Assembly (NCBI RefSeq): GCF_006345805.1
Contig: NC_043003.1
Span: forward strand, 40,796,001 to 40,860,000
Source: Octopus sinensis
Taxonomy: Eukaryota
DNA: 64,000 nucleotides
Reading direction: 5' to 3'
The notes beneath the pieces were generated by a model, which saw only the letters and a program-made list of their open reading frames with translations, had not been told where the DNA came from and searched no databases. Below, piece by piece: positions 10,535-22,446 of this stretch (position 1 is its first letter; every line of letters begins with the position of its first letter). The position numbers were made by a program, and so were the translations under genes.

Positions 10535-13135
10535 CAGAGTTAAAAAAACATTTTTTGTCATGCTATTTAAACTTTTTCAGCTGAGTTAAGGTAATTTTAG
10601 GGTGCTAAATCCAAATCTAACGTAAGTTTTTAGACAGTACGTGTAATTTTTTTTAGTTATTCACAGCATCAGATTTTCCAACCAATTGATAATATTGACG
10701 AAGTAGTAGGCTATTTGCTTTCGATTTTCATTCATATACTCATCACCGAAATAAAAATAAGTGCTGATAGAGGGAAATGTAGGCTACCTGTTAAATTGCC
10801 ACACAAAATGAAAATTCATTTTACTTTGCCATTGCTGTAATTATAGTAGTAGGTTATAGTAAGCCACTCAGACTTGTTTTCTTGTTAACTGCAATTGCTG
10901 TTAAAACAAAGTACATCAAGTAAGAGAGTCAGTTTATATGAAAAGTAGCTTAGTAGTAAGTTTAGCTGTTTATTAAAGTGATCAATGTTTGAAATTTAGA
11001 GATGGAAAAAACTTTTTCGTGATAGCTATAGCCTCAGTACATTCTACAATAATTTCAATGATTGTTTTTGAGAAATATATTTTGATGTTTAACAGTAACA
11101 TTTACACCTGATTAATTTTATATTTTAGTTTACTGATAGGCTTCCTTGAGTGTTGATTTAGGTTCTCACTGTATGTATTTATGATGAGCAGAAAAGTTTG
11201 ACAATTTTTGTTACGTGTGTGGAAAATTTGCGCCAAAAGAAATAAGATTACAAAGAAATTTTTAAATGTTTACAAGCTTTAATTTGGGTGCAAAGTTGGG
11301 GACCAAGATAAACTGTAGGCGCCTCACTTTTGTTGTAAAAACTGCTACATAGCCTAACCCGATGGCTGAATGGTAAACGGAAAAGCATGTCATTTGCAGT
11401 GCCAATGATATGGTGTGAACCAACAAACCACTGTACCGTTCGTTATTTCTGCTTAACTAACGTCACAAGTTTCTCTAAGAAGAACAAATCCAAGACTGTT
11501 CATCCAAATTGCCCTTTAGCTTTAAAACCAGTTGCTCATGCTGCTTAAAATATTCCAGTTCCAGAATCTCCTTCAACTTTTGAAAATGTAGTTTAAGTGA
11601 AGAAAGTACTGAATCTACTTCAGCTGAAGGCGTGCCGATTTTACAGCTGATCACTGTGATGAACCAGGATCTTCAAAAAGAGTTCCTCATTTATTAAGTC
11701 AACTTGAGTTAAATGATTTAGTTAGAGACTCGGGTTTAACAAAAGGAATGTCAGAACTACTGGACTCCAGGTTGAAACAATGGAATCTTTTACACGATGG
11801 TGTAAAATGATCGTATTTTCGATAACGGCATACAGACCTGCATGAACTTTTTACGGAGAAAGTTGGTATTTGTTTTTGTTGTGATGTTGAAGAACTCCTA
11901 CGTGAGATGGGGTTCGGCCATAATCCTGAAAAATGGAGACTCTTCATAGATTCCAGCAAAGCAAGCCTAAAAGCTGTTTTGCAACATAATGGCAATCAAA
12001 AACCGTCAATACCACTAGCACATGCTGTAGGATTAAAGGAAACTTATGAATCAACGGATAAAGTTCTGCACTTAAATATTCTGAGCACAAGTGGAATATA
12101 TGCGGGGACTTCAAAGTTATTGGTTTGCTTCTTGGCTTGCAAATAGGGTATACAAAGCATCAGTGCTTTTTGTGTCTTTGAAACAGCAGAGAGGACAAGC
12201 ATCACTATGATCAAAAAGAGTGGCCAAAGAGAAGTGATTTCACTCCAGGGAGATACAGCGTTAAATATATCCCTTTAGTTGAGCTCAGAAAATTTACCTT
12301 CCTCTCTTACACATTAAACTTGGCTTGTTTAAGAATTTTGTTAAGGCCATGAATGAAAACGGTGAAGGAGTCAAATAACTCAGTGAAAAATTTGTTTCTA
12401 AAATGTTTTTAATGGACCAGGAATTCGCATCCTAATTTGTGATGAGCGTTTTCAAAAAAGCTTAAGCTCAGTAGAGAAAACTGCTTAGGAAAATTTTGTT
12501 TCTCTTGTAAAAATGTTTTTGGGAAATGAAAAATCATTTAACTACGTTGCAATTGTGAATGATTTTTTGGGGCAAGAATGTCTCTAAAAATACATTTTCT
12601 CCAATATCATCTCGACTTTTTTCAACTCAGTATGAGTGATGTAAGCGATGAGCAGGATGAACAATTTCATCAAGAAATCAAAGAGCTAGAAAACCGCTAC
12701 AGTGGTACACTGAAACCAAACCTGCTGACAGACTACTGCTGGTTATTTAAATGTTTAGAAAAGGATATGTATCATAAACGTAAAAGGAGACACCAAAGCT
12801 ATTTTTGAAAAACATCAAATTAATAATATTGACTTTACGAAAAACATAAAATTAATAATATTCACTTTACACTTATGTTTTATTGGTTTTAGAACTACTT
12901 GTCCACCTAGTTGCTATTGTTCTTATACCAAATAACGGTAATTTACGCTTCATATAACATTCATTTTATTTGTCATTTAATTTTTACAGTATTGAAATTT
13001 TGATAGCATTATAATAATGATAGCATGAAAATGTGACGTGCTAAAGCAAAAATGATTGCAGATACGGAATCAACGATCCCAAATTACCTATGAGCAACAT
13101 TTCGTCTAACAGTAACAAAATTTTGTTGCCTAGTG
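10535..13135 (+). mobile_element. Chapaev3-like (CMC superfamily) DNA transposon, disrupted transposase about 11185-12808
   Basis: Motifs DNFCYVCG, GDQDK, FAVPMIWCEPTNH..YFC, WRLFIDSSKASLKAVLQHNGN, LHIKLGLFKNFVKA and MSLKIHFLQYHLDFF...SDEQDEQFHQEI...DYCW. The right end reads cactaggcaacaaaa on the minus strand; the left terminus is degenerate. Family assignment is from recalled motifs. Confidence 0.8.
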
Positions 13136-13455
13136 TAGTTAGACGCCATAATAATTTCTGTGTGTCAGAATGGGATAAGCAACAATCGAAGTATGTAATA
13201 TTATTTCAACTAGCAACAGCTATGCCTCGTATAACCCTTATCAGTTTGGCAAAGACTGTCAGAGGTGACCAGCTAAAAATGTCACAATGTAATACAGTGT
13301 AAAAAGCAACAATGTAGACGGTTAGTAATATATCATCCTAACAACATTAGAGGTCGACATTTTGTGATGCTAAACAATGTAAGAATCTATTGATGTCAGA
13401 GGCGAGCAATGTGAGAAGTTAATAAATTTGGAGAGTAAACATGTAGGAAGTTTAG
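13136..13455. repeat. Degenerate 16-bp minisatellite, right arm
   Basis: Five consecutive 16-mers at 13373-13452: aacaatgtaagaatct, attgatgtcagaggcg, agcaatgtgagaagtt, aataaatttggagagt, aaacatgtaggaagtt. Confidence 0.75.
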
Positions 13456-15343
13456 AATCTTGTACACTAATAAACTTGGGTGATTGGGCGCATGTTAGGG
13501 AACAACGTAGAGGCTAAACATAAACCTTTCACGGCAGAACAAGAAAGTCTTTGTTTGGTGTTTCGACTTGATAAATGTATTAGTAAAATCTTCATAAAAT
13601 CACTCCCTATTGTCTAAAATAATGGGCATATTTGGGGGATTTATATTAGTTTCAAAATATCTGATAAAATTACAAAATAATCCCGAGTGGAACGACAGTT
13701 ATCAAAGGTTGTCCCGATGAAAGAACCAAGATGTCCAAACACATCCAATATCACATCGAATATAACACGATCATTGTCTAAAACAAGAATAACTACAGTT
13801 ACAACAAAAAATTAATAAGGGAGGCTCTATATGATTATATTATCTGTTAGAAACAATACAGTTTTATATTTAAGAGATGAGAAATTATGTACATTATTTA
13901 CATTATTTATAGTATTTACATTTGACGGATATTATATAATAATATTATATAATATTTACATTTGACGTATATTATATAAATAATGTAAATAATGTAAATA
14001 CTGTTAGAAATAGTCGCCAAATCTCCCTCGAATCATATTATTTTATAACAAGAATGAATACATTAGAAAAAAAATCTTTAAAAAGAGTCTGGAACAAACA
14101 AAAACAATAACACAAAGCTTTGTAGTAGTTAAGTACGCATGAACAGACTACTTTACGAACTTATACTCTTGATTAGCTCATTTGAACTCAACGACTTTGA
14201 TTATTAACACTCCCTCACAGTGAATTCTAGGGTGTTGCTAAAAACAATATCTTAACTTACTTTAACAATCCTGGTGCTTTCAATTTGGCAAGAATATATA
14301 TATACTTGACAGTTATATCGCAGACGGCATTGTGCCAATATCACTAAAATATATATCAGTGCCAGATTGATATTACAGGGATGGCCATTAACTATCAGCT
14401 GTTAGAAACGGTACAGTGCCACACCGAAAGGTATACAGCTTTTAATTTATTCCTCTGGTTTTCACGTTCGCATCTTATTGGAGATTTTAACGTTTATCCT
14501 TGTAGGAGAAAACGGCATTACTATGCAACAATATTCTGGGCCACACCTATTCTATAAAATGTCTCCCTCGAAAACAATTTCTTTTCTGTCTTGGAAATAA
14601 AAAAAAGTATTAAAGTTGGATCTCAAAGTAGAATAAAACATATTCTTTATTAGAGCATTTAGAATAATTTCTAGATGCTTTACTTTCAAATTATTTAGAG
14701 ATCAATTTTGGTTTCCCGTCCTCGAGAATAAGCAAAACAGTTATCAATAAAACTTTGAGGAAGAATAATTCGAGTTTACATCGATATAGCTTTGAACGTA
14801 AGTAACAGATTGGGCATTTTATTGTATATTGTAGTTATTACATGGAAACCAGAAGTGTATTGTTGATAACACTAAAAACAAATGGCATATTTTTAATATT
14901 ACACGAAAACTCCTTGTATGTTGTTGAAAGTACATAGAAACAAGTGTTCTTTTTTTGGTGTTGCGCAGTAACTGAGAGTATATTTTGATATTATACAATA
15001 TGCTGAGTTGTAGGGATCTATCAAATAGCTTTTGCTGCGTGTAGAATAAATCCAGCTATCAGCCGACTCCGTTGAGAAAATCGTCATGCCTATTTCCTTT
15101 GGCTTGGAAGTTCAGGTTAGTTTTTCTCTGTTTGGTACCTATGACGAAAGAGTTTCTGTGGTGAATGCGATTAAAGGTACTTAAGACAGGCACTTTTCAC
15201 TTCGGCCAAGCTCTCGTCAACTTTTTGTGGATCCGCTTGGTTTAAAGGGTGAGTGAATGTAGCAAGGATTACCCGAGCGAGGTTGACTTAGTCTAAACAT
15301 ATGCCTGTAGGTTTGAATTTATGGAGGACATCGATGCATTTAC

Positions 15344-15641
15344 CATGCCGAACCTGGGCAGTGAAGTGAATGGGGTCTTTGGAGTTTCATAGTCACTCCT
15401 TGATGATACTCTCTACTTTTGGAAAATTTCATCGTTGAAACATTTAACTGTTTGATCGTTTCTATAAAAAGCCCTTCTTTTCGTAACGTCCTTTTTGCTT
15501 TGTATGCGTCCCTTGTGACAAATAAAGAAATGATATTATACTGCGTTCTTTGGTATAGAGGCACATAGCATCCAATGAATTTACAGTTTTTGACAGTTAT
15601 TATTTCATCACCATCAATTACTTGTTGATATTCACTGTAAT
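15344..15641 (-). CDS. Possible internal coding exon (298 nt) of an unknown protein
   Basis: Lies in the 123-aa non-repetitive ORF 15340-15711, bounded by tgtttcAG and G|GTAAAT. No recognisable domain. Confidence 0.25.
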
Positions 15642-15959
15642 CTTGAAACAATACATAATACGGCCAGTGGTGTTCAATATACATGTGAAATGAATCTGTG
15701 CTTCCTTCCATACCGCATTAGCAACATATTAATTTGATAACTGACATAAACAACACGAATAAACAACTATTCACACATTTGTTATCCTTGTCGTTTTCCA
15801 TGGGATTAATTAATTAATCAGTGTTTAATGATGTAGGCTAATTCAAATTAATTAATCAGTGAAAATTGATATTATTTTTTTCTCTACACAAAATGATATG
15901 GCTGCCAGAAACATGAAGTTTCGAATAACATCGACGAAGAAAATAGAGAACGGTCAACC

Positions 15960-16004
15960 ATAATGAAAATGATAATGATAATGATAATGATGATGATTAT
16001 AATG

Positions 16005-16040
<36 letters not shown>

Positions 16041-16045
16041 TAATG

Positions 16046-16102
<57 letters not shown>
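15960..16102. repeat. (GAT)/(AAT)n microsatellite
   Basis: Directly visible. Confidence 0.95.
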
Positions 16103-16105
<3 letters not shown>

Positions 16106-16659
16106 GCCTTGATGCAGTACAAGGCAGTGGTTCTCATGGCCTCTGATCTTAACTGATTGGAAGTGTTATCATGTACATTGTTTTGTCTTGGTATAAAAGA
16201 TAGGCTACAGCGAATATTCTACTCAATGCCACAGATGTGCTTGTCATTTGTTTGATCTTAACCATTTGAGCATGTCCCTTAGTTACTGATATGTGCATCT
16301 CTGATCACGAGCAAAGGTAATGGGGGAGCATTATAGCCATCTGTTGAGAGGGATTCTTTGGGGTTTGAATAATTAACCTCTGGAAACATGTGAGTTTCGT
16401 TCAATGTCCTTCAACAACCCTTATTCAGGCAACTTTTGATCGGGTTGGGCAACTCTACCTGAGGAGAATTTTAACTGGGCTATACCTGAAAGGTCATACG
16501 TTATTAGTCTTGATATTAGATCACCATATCGCGCACATATGATTGTGATGCATGTGCCTAGTGTATCCTTATCAGACGGGTAGTCATTGTTGGATACAGT
16601 GGGCTTCGTATATTTTACCCCAGTGTCATTTTGATGTCATGTATTGCTCTCCCGCTCAA
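16103..16659. mobile_element. 557-bp non-coding interspersed element embedded in triplet arrays, class unknown
   Basis: Sharp boundaries against (AAT)n on the left and (GAT)n(AAT)n on the right, higher GC than flanks, several hairpins, no ORF and no tRNA head. Confidence 0.5.
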
Positions 16660-16672
16660 GAATGATGATGAC

Positions 16673-16718
<46 letters not shown>

Positions 16719-16736
16719 ATGATGATGATGATGATG

Positions 16737-16769
<33 letters not shown>

Positions 16770-16780
16770 TAATAATAATA
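16660..16780. repeat. (GAT)n(AAT)n microsatellite
   Basis: Directly visible. Confidence 0.95.
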
Positions 16781-17895
16781 AAGCTATACGCTACAAAGGA
16801 TAAACAGCTGGAAACATTACTACAGACAGTACATGGATTTACCAAAGAAATAAACATGAAATTTGGCTCAGAAAAATGTGCCAAGGAAACCTTGAAAAGA
16901 GGAAAAGTAGTTAAGTGTAGCAAAATCACACTAGAAAAAGCAAATGAAATAAGAAAATTAGACCAAAACCAGACATACAAATACTTAAGAATCAATGCAC
17001 TAGATACGATACAACACACACAAATGAAAGGGAAGCAGGAAAAGAATACTATATACGCGTTAGATTTATACTGAAAACAGAACTCAATGCGAGAAGCAAG
17101 ATAATAGGTATCAACACTATATCCGTCCCAGCTATAAGTTACAGCTACAATATCCTTAACTGGACTCTAAATGAACTAATCAAAATAGACATTAAAAAAA
17201 GAAACATAACAGGATTTAAGTTGCACCATCCGAAATCTGAAAGGAAAGGTTATATATAATAGAAAACTATTACCACCATGAAACTAATAACCACCATAGG
17301 ACTCCAAAAATACCTACTTCAGAAGCAAGAAAATCTTATAAAAATAGCTACAAAACACGAACAAAACATAAAGGAGCCTAGAGTTTTTAAGAAAGCTGAC
17401 ATATACAAAAAAGAAATCATAGTACCTAACAACCATAAAAAAAGAACCACGGAAACAGTAAAAGCTGTAAAACAACTGAAATACAAACTAAAACTGGAAC
17501 TGCAGATACTGGGTTAAACTAAACGAAGAAGAAATAGACAAAGGCAAATCTTAACAGTGGCTGTGAAACTGAGGACTCAAAGCAGAAACTGAAGGATTTT
17601 TAATTGCAGCACAAGATCAAAGCCTCCTCACCAGATATTACCAAAAACATACCAGGAAAGGAAACACAAGTAACTGCAGAATATGTGGAGATGGATAAGA
17701 AACAATAAACCATATAGTATCTCGCTACCCAGTCCTGGCTAAGAAGGAATATATTCACAGACACGACAGAGTTGAGGTCTATATACACTGGAAGCTATGC
17801 CAACACTATGGAATAACAACAGAAAAAAGACGGCATGGGCACACGCCAGAGAAGGTCACAGAAAATGAGAAAGCAACCATAGTCTGGGATATGCC

Positions 17896-17935
<40 letters not shown>

Positions 17936-18156
17936 GAGGCCAATAGGCCGGGTATAGTTGTGAGAGATAATCACAAAATATAATGCTTTTCCAATTGATA
18001 TATCAATACCACACATGACAACGTTTCTCTAAAAGAAATGGAGAAACTTTCCAAATACAAAGACCTAAAAACAGAGGTAACTCGAATGTGTAGTCTAAAA
18101 ACAGAAACAATTCCTATCATAGTAAGCCCATTAGGTATGATAACAAATATTCAGAC
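16781..18156 (+). mobile_element. Dong/R4-clade non-LTR retrotransposon fragment (RT C-terminus to RLE), degraded
   Basis: KLYA..INMKFGSEKCAK..TYKYL, then AETEGFLIAAQDQSL, NCRICG and WKLCQHYG. Alignable to 47721-48625. Truncated at the 3' end by a SINE. Confidence 0.9.
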
Positions 18157-18432
18157 GTAGCTTGCTTACTAACCACATGGTTCGTGGTTCAGGGACTGCG
18201 TGGCACGTTGGGCAAATATCTTCTACTATAGTCTCGAACCGACCAATACCTTGTGAGTGGATTTGGTTGACGGAAACCGAAAGAAACCCGTCATATATAT
18301 ATATATATTTGTGTGTCTGTGTTTGTCCCCCCGACATCGCCTGACTACCGATGCTGGTGTGTTTACGTCCCCGTAACATAGCGGTTTGGCGTAGCCTTGA
18401 AGGGGTTAGTCGAACAAATCGATCCCAGTACT
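18157..18432 (+). mobile_element. SINE family B, partial
   Basis: gtagcttgcttactaaccacatggttc...gacggaaaccgaaagaaacccgtc, similar to 55057-55445. Confidence 0.85.
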
Positions 18433-19029
18433 ATCAGCTTTGTGATTCTAGCTATTAAGTTACTGTCATGTAAACAAACAAAAGTAGTGCACATTTGCCT
18501 GAGATTCCGCACTGTGGTACAGAACTCAAAACCACGTACTTGTAAAGCGAGCTTCTTAACCACTGAACCAGATTTCACTCACCTGTAATATTTATTAAAG
18601 GTACGGTTACATAATTTAAAAGTACATCAACAGGTAATATACAAGTGAAGTGATAAAATACTAGTATTTGGTCCGAGTTTCCCAGGTAACACAGATCTCT
18701 GATCTGCGTAATTAACTATGGAAAACTGTCAACAATGTTGTTTGTATCAGCCGACCCGACCCAACCATCGTGTGACTCTTAAAGGTACAATATATACAGT
18801 TCCTGAAATAATTTTAATTTTTAGTTCTATTTTCAAAATTAAGCTTTAACATCCTGCGAACAGGATGTTAAACAGTTATATTACTGGAGACCCTATAAAG
18901 TCTTCAAAAGAGAATAATCAAAAGCTTTCTAATCAATGAGTATGATTTCATAGGCATATGTCGCTGTTGTTGAACGTTAAAACAATATTTCTGTTTATAT
19001 CAAACAACTTGGTCCACTGCTAATCAATA

Positions 19030-19110
19030 GTTTGCTACCTCCGAGGTCGACTTTGCTTTCCGTCCTTTTGGTGTCGATAAAATATGTACCTGTTGAGCCG
19101 TAGTATGACG
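19030..19110 (+). mobile_element. SINE family A fragment
   Basis: ccgaggtcgactttgctttccgtccttttggtgtcgataaaat. Confidence 0.7.
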
Positions 19111-19451
19111 ACTGATACAAATACTAGAAGAATAAAATGTAGAAAGATAAAAGTTCGTCATTGATACACCGTAGCGTTAGAATTAGCTGCTGAAAAGAGT
19201 ATGAGAAAGAGGAGTGGGAACACGTTTTAGAGATGCTGGCATGAGATGCTCTGTACCTCTGCTTCGATGTATTGCTAAAGCAAATCTATGAACTAAAATT
19301 CGAGTTAGCGACAGCTGCATGTTAAGACCAAAGTGCAGAATTAGAAGGTAGCAATAATCGATTCCTTCTCTCTACCCCGAAATTACTGGTTTTGTGCCAA
19401 TATTTAAAATCAATATTTTGTTACCCAACGAATTCCTTATTTCGCAAAAAT

Positions 19452-19508
<57 letters not shown>

Positions 19509-19585
19509 ATACTACTACTACTACTACCACCACCACCACACCACCACCACCACCACCACCACCACTACTACTACTACTAATGCTG

Positions 19586-19639
<54 letters not shown>

Positions 19640-19650
19640 ATGCTGCTGCT
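19452..19650. repeat. (CTA)n/(CAC)n trinucleotide array
   Basis: Directly visible; explains the ORFs at 19372-19755. Confidence 0.95.
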
Positions 19651-20167
19651 GGTGCAGTCGAACACTTGAAAAAGCAATAAAAACACACAAAAGTAGCAAA
19701 AGAAATTCAAACAAAATGCAACAATAAGCAAACAAAAAAGCGAATATAAAAACATGAAAACATATAATATTTTTTAAAATTTTGGTATGAAGTCAGCACC
19801 TTTGAGGAGGGTAGAAAGCAAATCGACAACATCGACTCCAGTACTAGAATGACACTTATTTCAAATACACCGAAAGGATGAAAAACAAGGCCGACCTTGG
19901 CGCCATTTGAGTTAAAGCTTTTACTATTGAGAAAGTTAAGTAATCACAAAGCAATTTTAAATCTTAAATAATCCCCTTAAAAGATATTCAAAATTTAAAA
20001 ACAAGCAAAGGTTTTTTTTTTGCCGTAAAACTGCTGAAAATATATAGACAATGGAGCTTAAGAAAACACAAACTACGGATAACACAAACATACTAAAAAG
20101 GATACAACGCAGGAAAAATCTAAAGAATTCTTAATGAAATCGATAATGAATAAAGAAAAGAGACTAA

Positions 20168-20435
20168 TGTAGGCATAACTGTGTAGTAAGAAGTTTGCTT
20201 CCCAAGCCCTGGGTTAAGTTTCAGTTCTTTTGCACATCACCTGGGATAAGTGTCATCTACAATCTCTCCTGGCCGATCGATACTTTGTGAGTGAGTTTGA
20301 TGAATGGAAACTGCGTCGAAGTCCGTTGTGTGTTTACCACGGTCACCGCTTGATAACCGTTGTTGGTTTGTTTAATATAATTTGATATAATAAGTACGAG
20401 ATTGAAAAATAAGCATTAGGGTCGATTTGTTCGTC
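20168..20435 (+). mobile_element. SINE family B, degraded
   Basis: gtgtagtaagaagtttgcttccc...ttgtgagtgagtttgatgaatggaaactg. Confidence 0.75.
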
Positions 20436-20469
20436 TCAGCCCTCAATGGTGGGGCCCCAACGTGGTTGC

Positions 20470-20690
<221 letters not shown>

Positions 20691-22339
20691 CGAAAATCGA
20701 CTACTTACATTTGGTACTTCATTTAGTTTTTAATTAACCCCGAAAGTATGAAAGAACCAGCTCCAGTTGGATTGAAACTCAGAGATACGTGACAATACTT
20801 TATTTTCATGTCGATTTATCGGTCACATAATTATATCAGCTAATAAACACTGATTATACTCGCTATTAATTTTGTTCCGAACTTTTGATTTAAGTCGAAG
20901 AGCAGTTCTCATGAATTGTTTTGAAAATCTCTCACCATTATTGATACTGGACTAAAAACAATATTTAGATATTTCAACAACGAATGAATAATAGATTTAA
21001 ACGAAACTTAGTTATTTCTGTGGCATACTTATAGCAGCAATATATGAACTTATTAAATCAACATTCTTGTACGCCATAAGCACAAATCTGCTGGAGAACT
21101 TTGTTTACAGTAAAGATATTATAGAGGAAGCAGTTAAAACTAAAATGTTAAATTATTACTCAGAAAATACTATGTTATATAAGCTAAATCTATCAAATTT
21201 TAAAACTCTGTAATTGAAACAGAAAAACAACGTCGGTACGATTTGATTAGAAATAAAGATTTTGTAATAGGAAGAATATTAGAAAATATTTCTTTTCTTT
21301 CGTATATTTACAAATCTACGAGATGTGTTTACAATTCTCTTCAAGTTGTTAAAATAGAATTGGAAAATTCTTTCCAATACCGTCGTACAATGATTCGCAG
21401 GTTTAACTTAGATCGGGGTGTTTAGGACAACAATCAAGAAGTTTATGAATGGGTGAAATTAAATGGGATTAGAATAACTATTTTACAAAAACAAAGTTAA
21501 ACCAATTAATGTTCAAATCGCTCTTGTAAACTACTTAAAGAGAATACCTTATTCACAAATTTCTAAGCTGAAGTGATTTATGTAAAAGATTTCGTAAGTG
21601 TCGTTTCATCGTTTCAGGCAAATGTCCTTTCAAATCACAATCTGGTATTGACTGTGCTGTATTTGGAACTTTGATTACACTATAGTAAATATATTCCAGA
21701 CCAGAATCACACTTCAAATGAATAACGATGCCTAGTTCTCTTGAAATATTCACAAGATTCTTCACTACCATTGTTACATAACCAGAGACAAGATTTGAAT
21801 ATTTCAACGATGAAAGAACATTTCGAATACTTAGATCGAAATAAAACTCAGAATTACCGCTGTGACATATATAACATTTATAACGTTATAGAAACTTATT
21901 GTATCAATACTGTTGTTGAACAATAAACATTCATTTACGAGAGAAGAATCAATAGTTACTGTGGCGAGAATATCGAATAAACAGTTAAAGCTGAAAGGTT
22001 AAACTACTGTTAGAAACGGATAGACATTAATATAAATGAAAACTAATTGAAATAGAAAATATATAGCTGAAAGAGAATAGCATAAGCATAGGTTGATTGT
22101 CAAGATTTTGTCATTAAGAATTTCAGAAAATATTTGTCACGTCTACGAGAGGTTAATTCTGAATTAGAAAAGAATATATATGATGTCAAACCTCAACTAT
22201 ATCTTATCACGAGATCAAACTACAGACAATGATTATATATATAAATAAATGAATATATAAATATATATATATATATATCTGGAGAATTCACGAAAAAGAC
22301 AAAAGATGAACACAGGTGGTGTAGAAAACAAACAGATGC

Positions 22340-22446
<107 letters not shown>

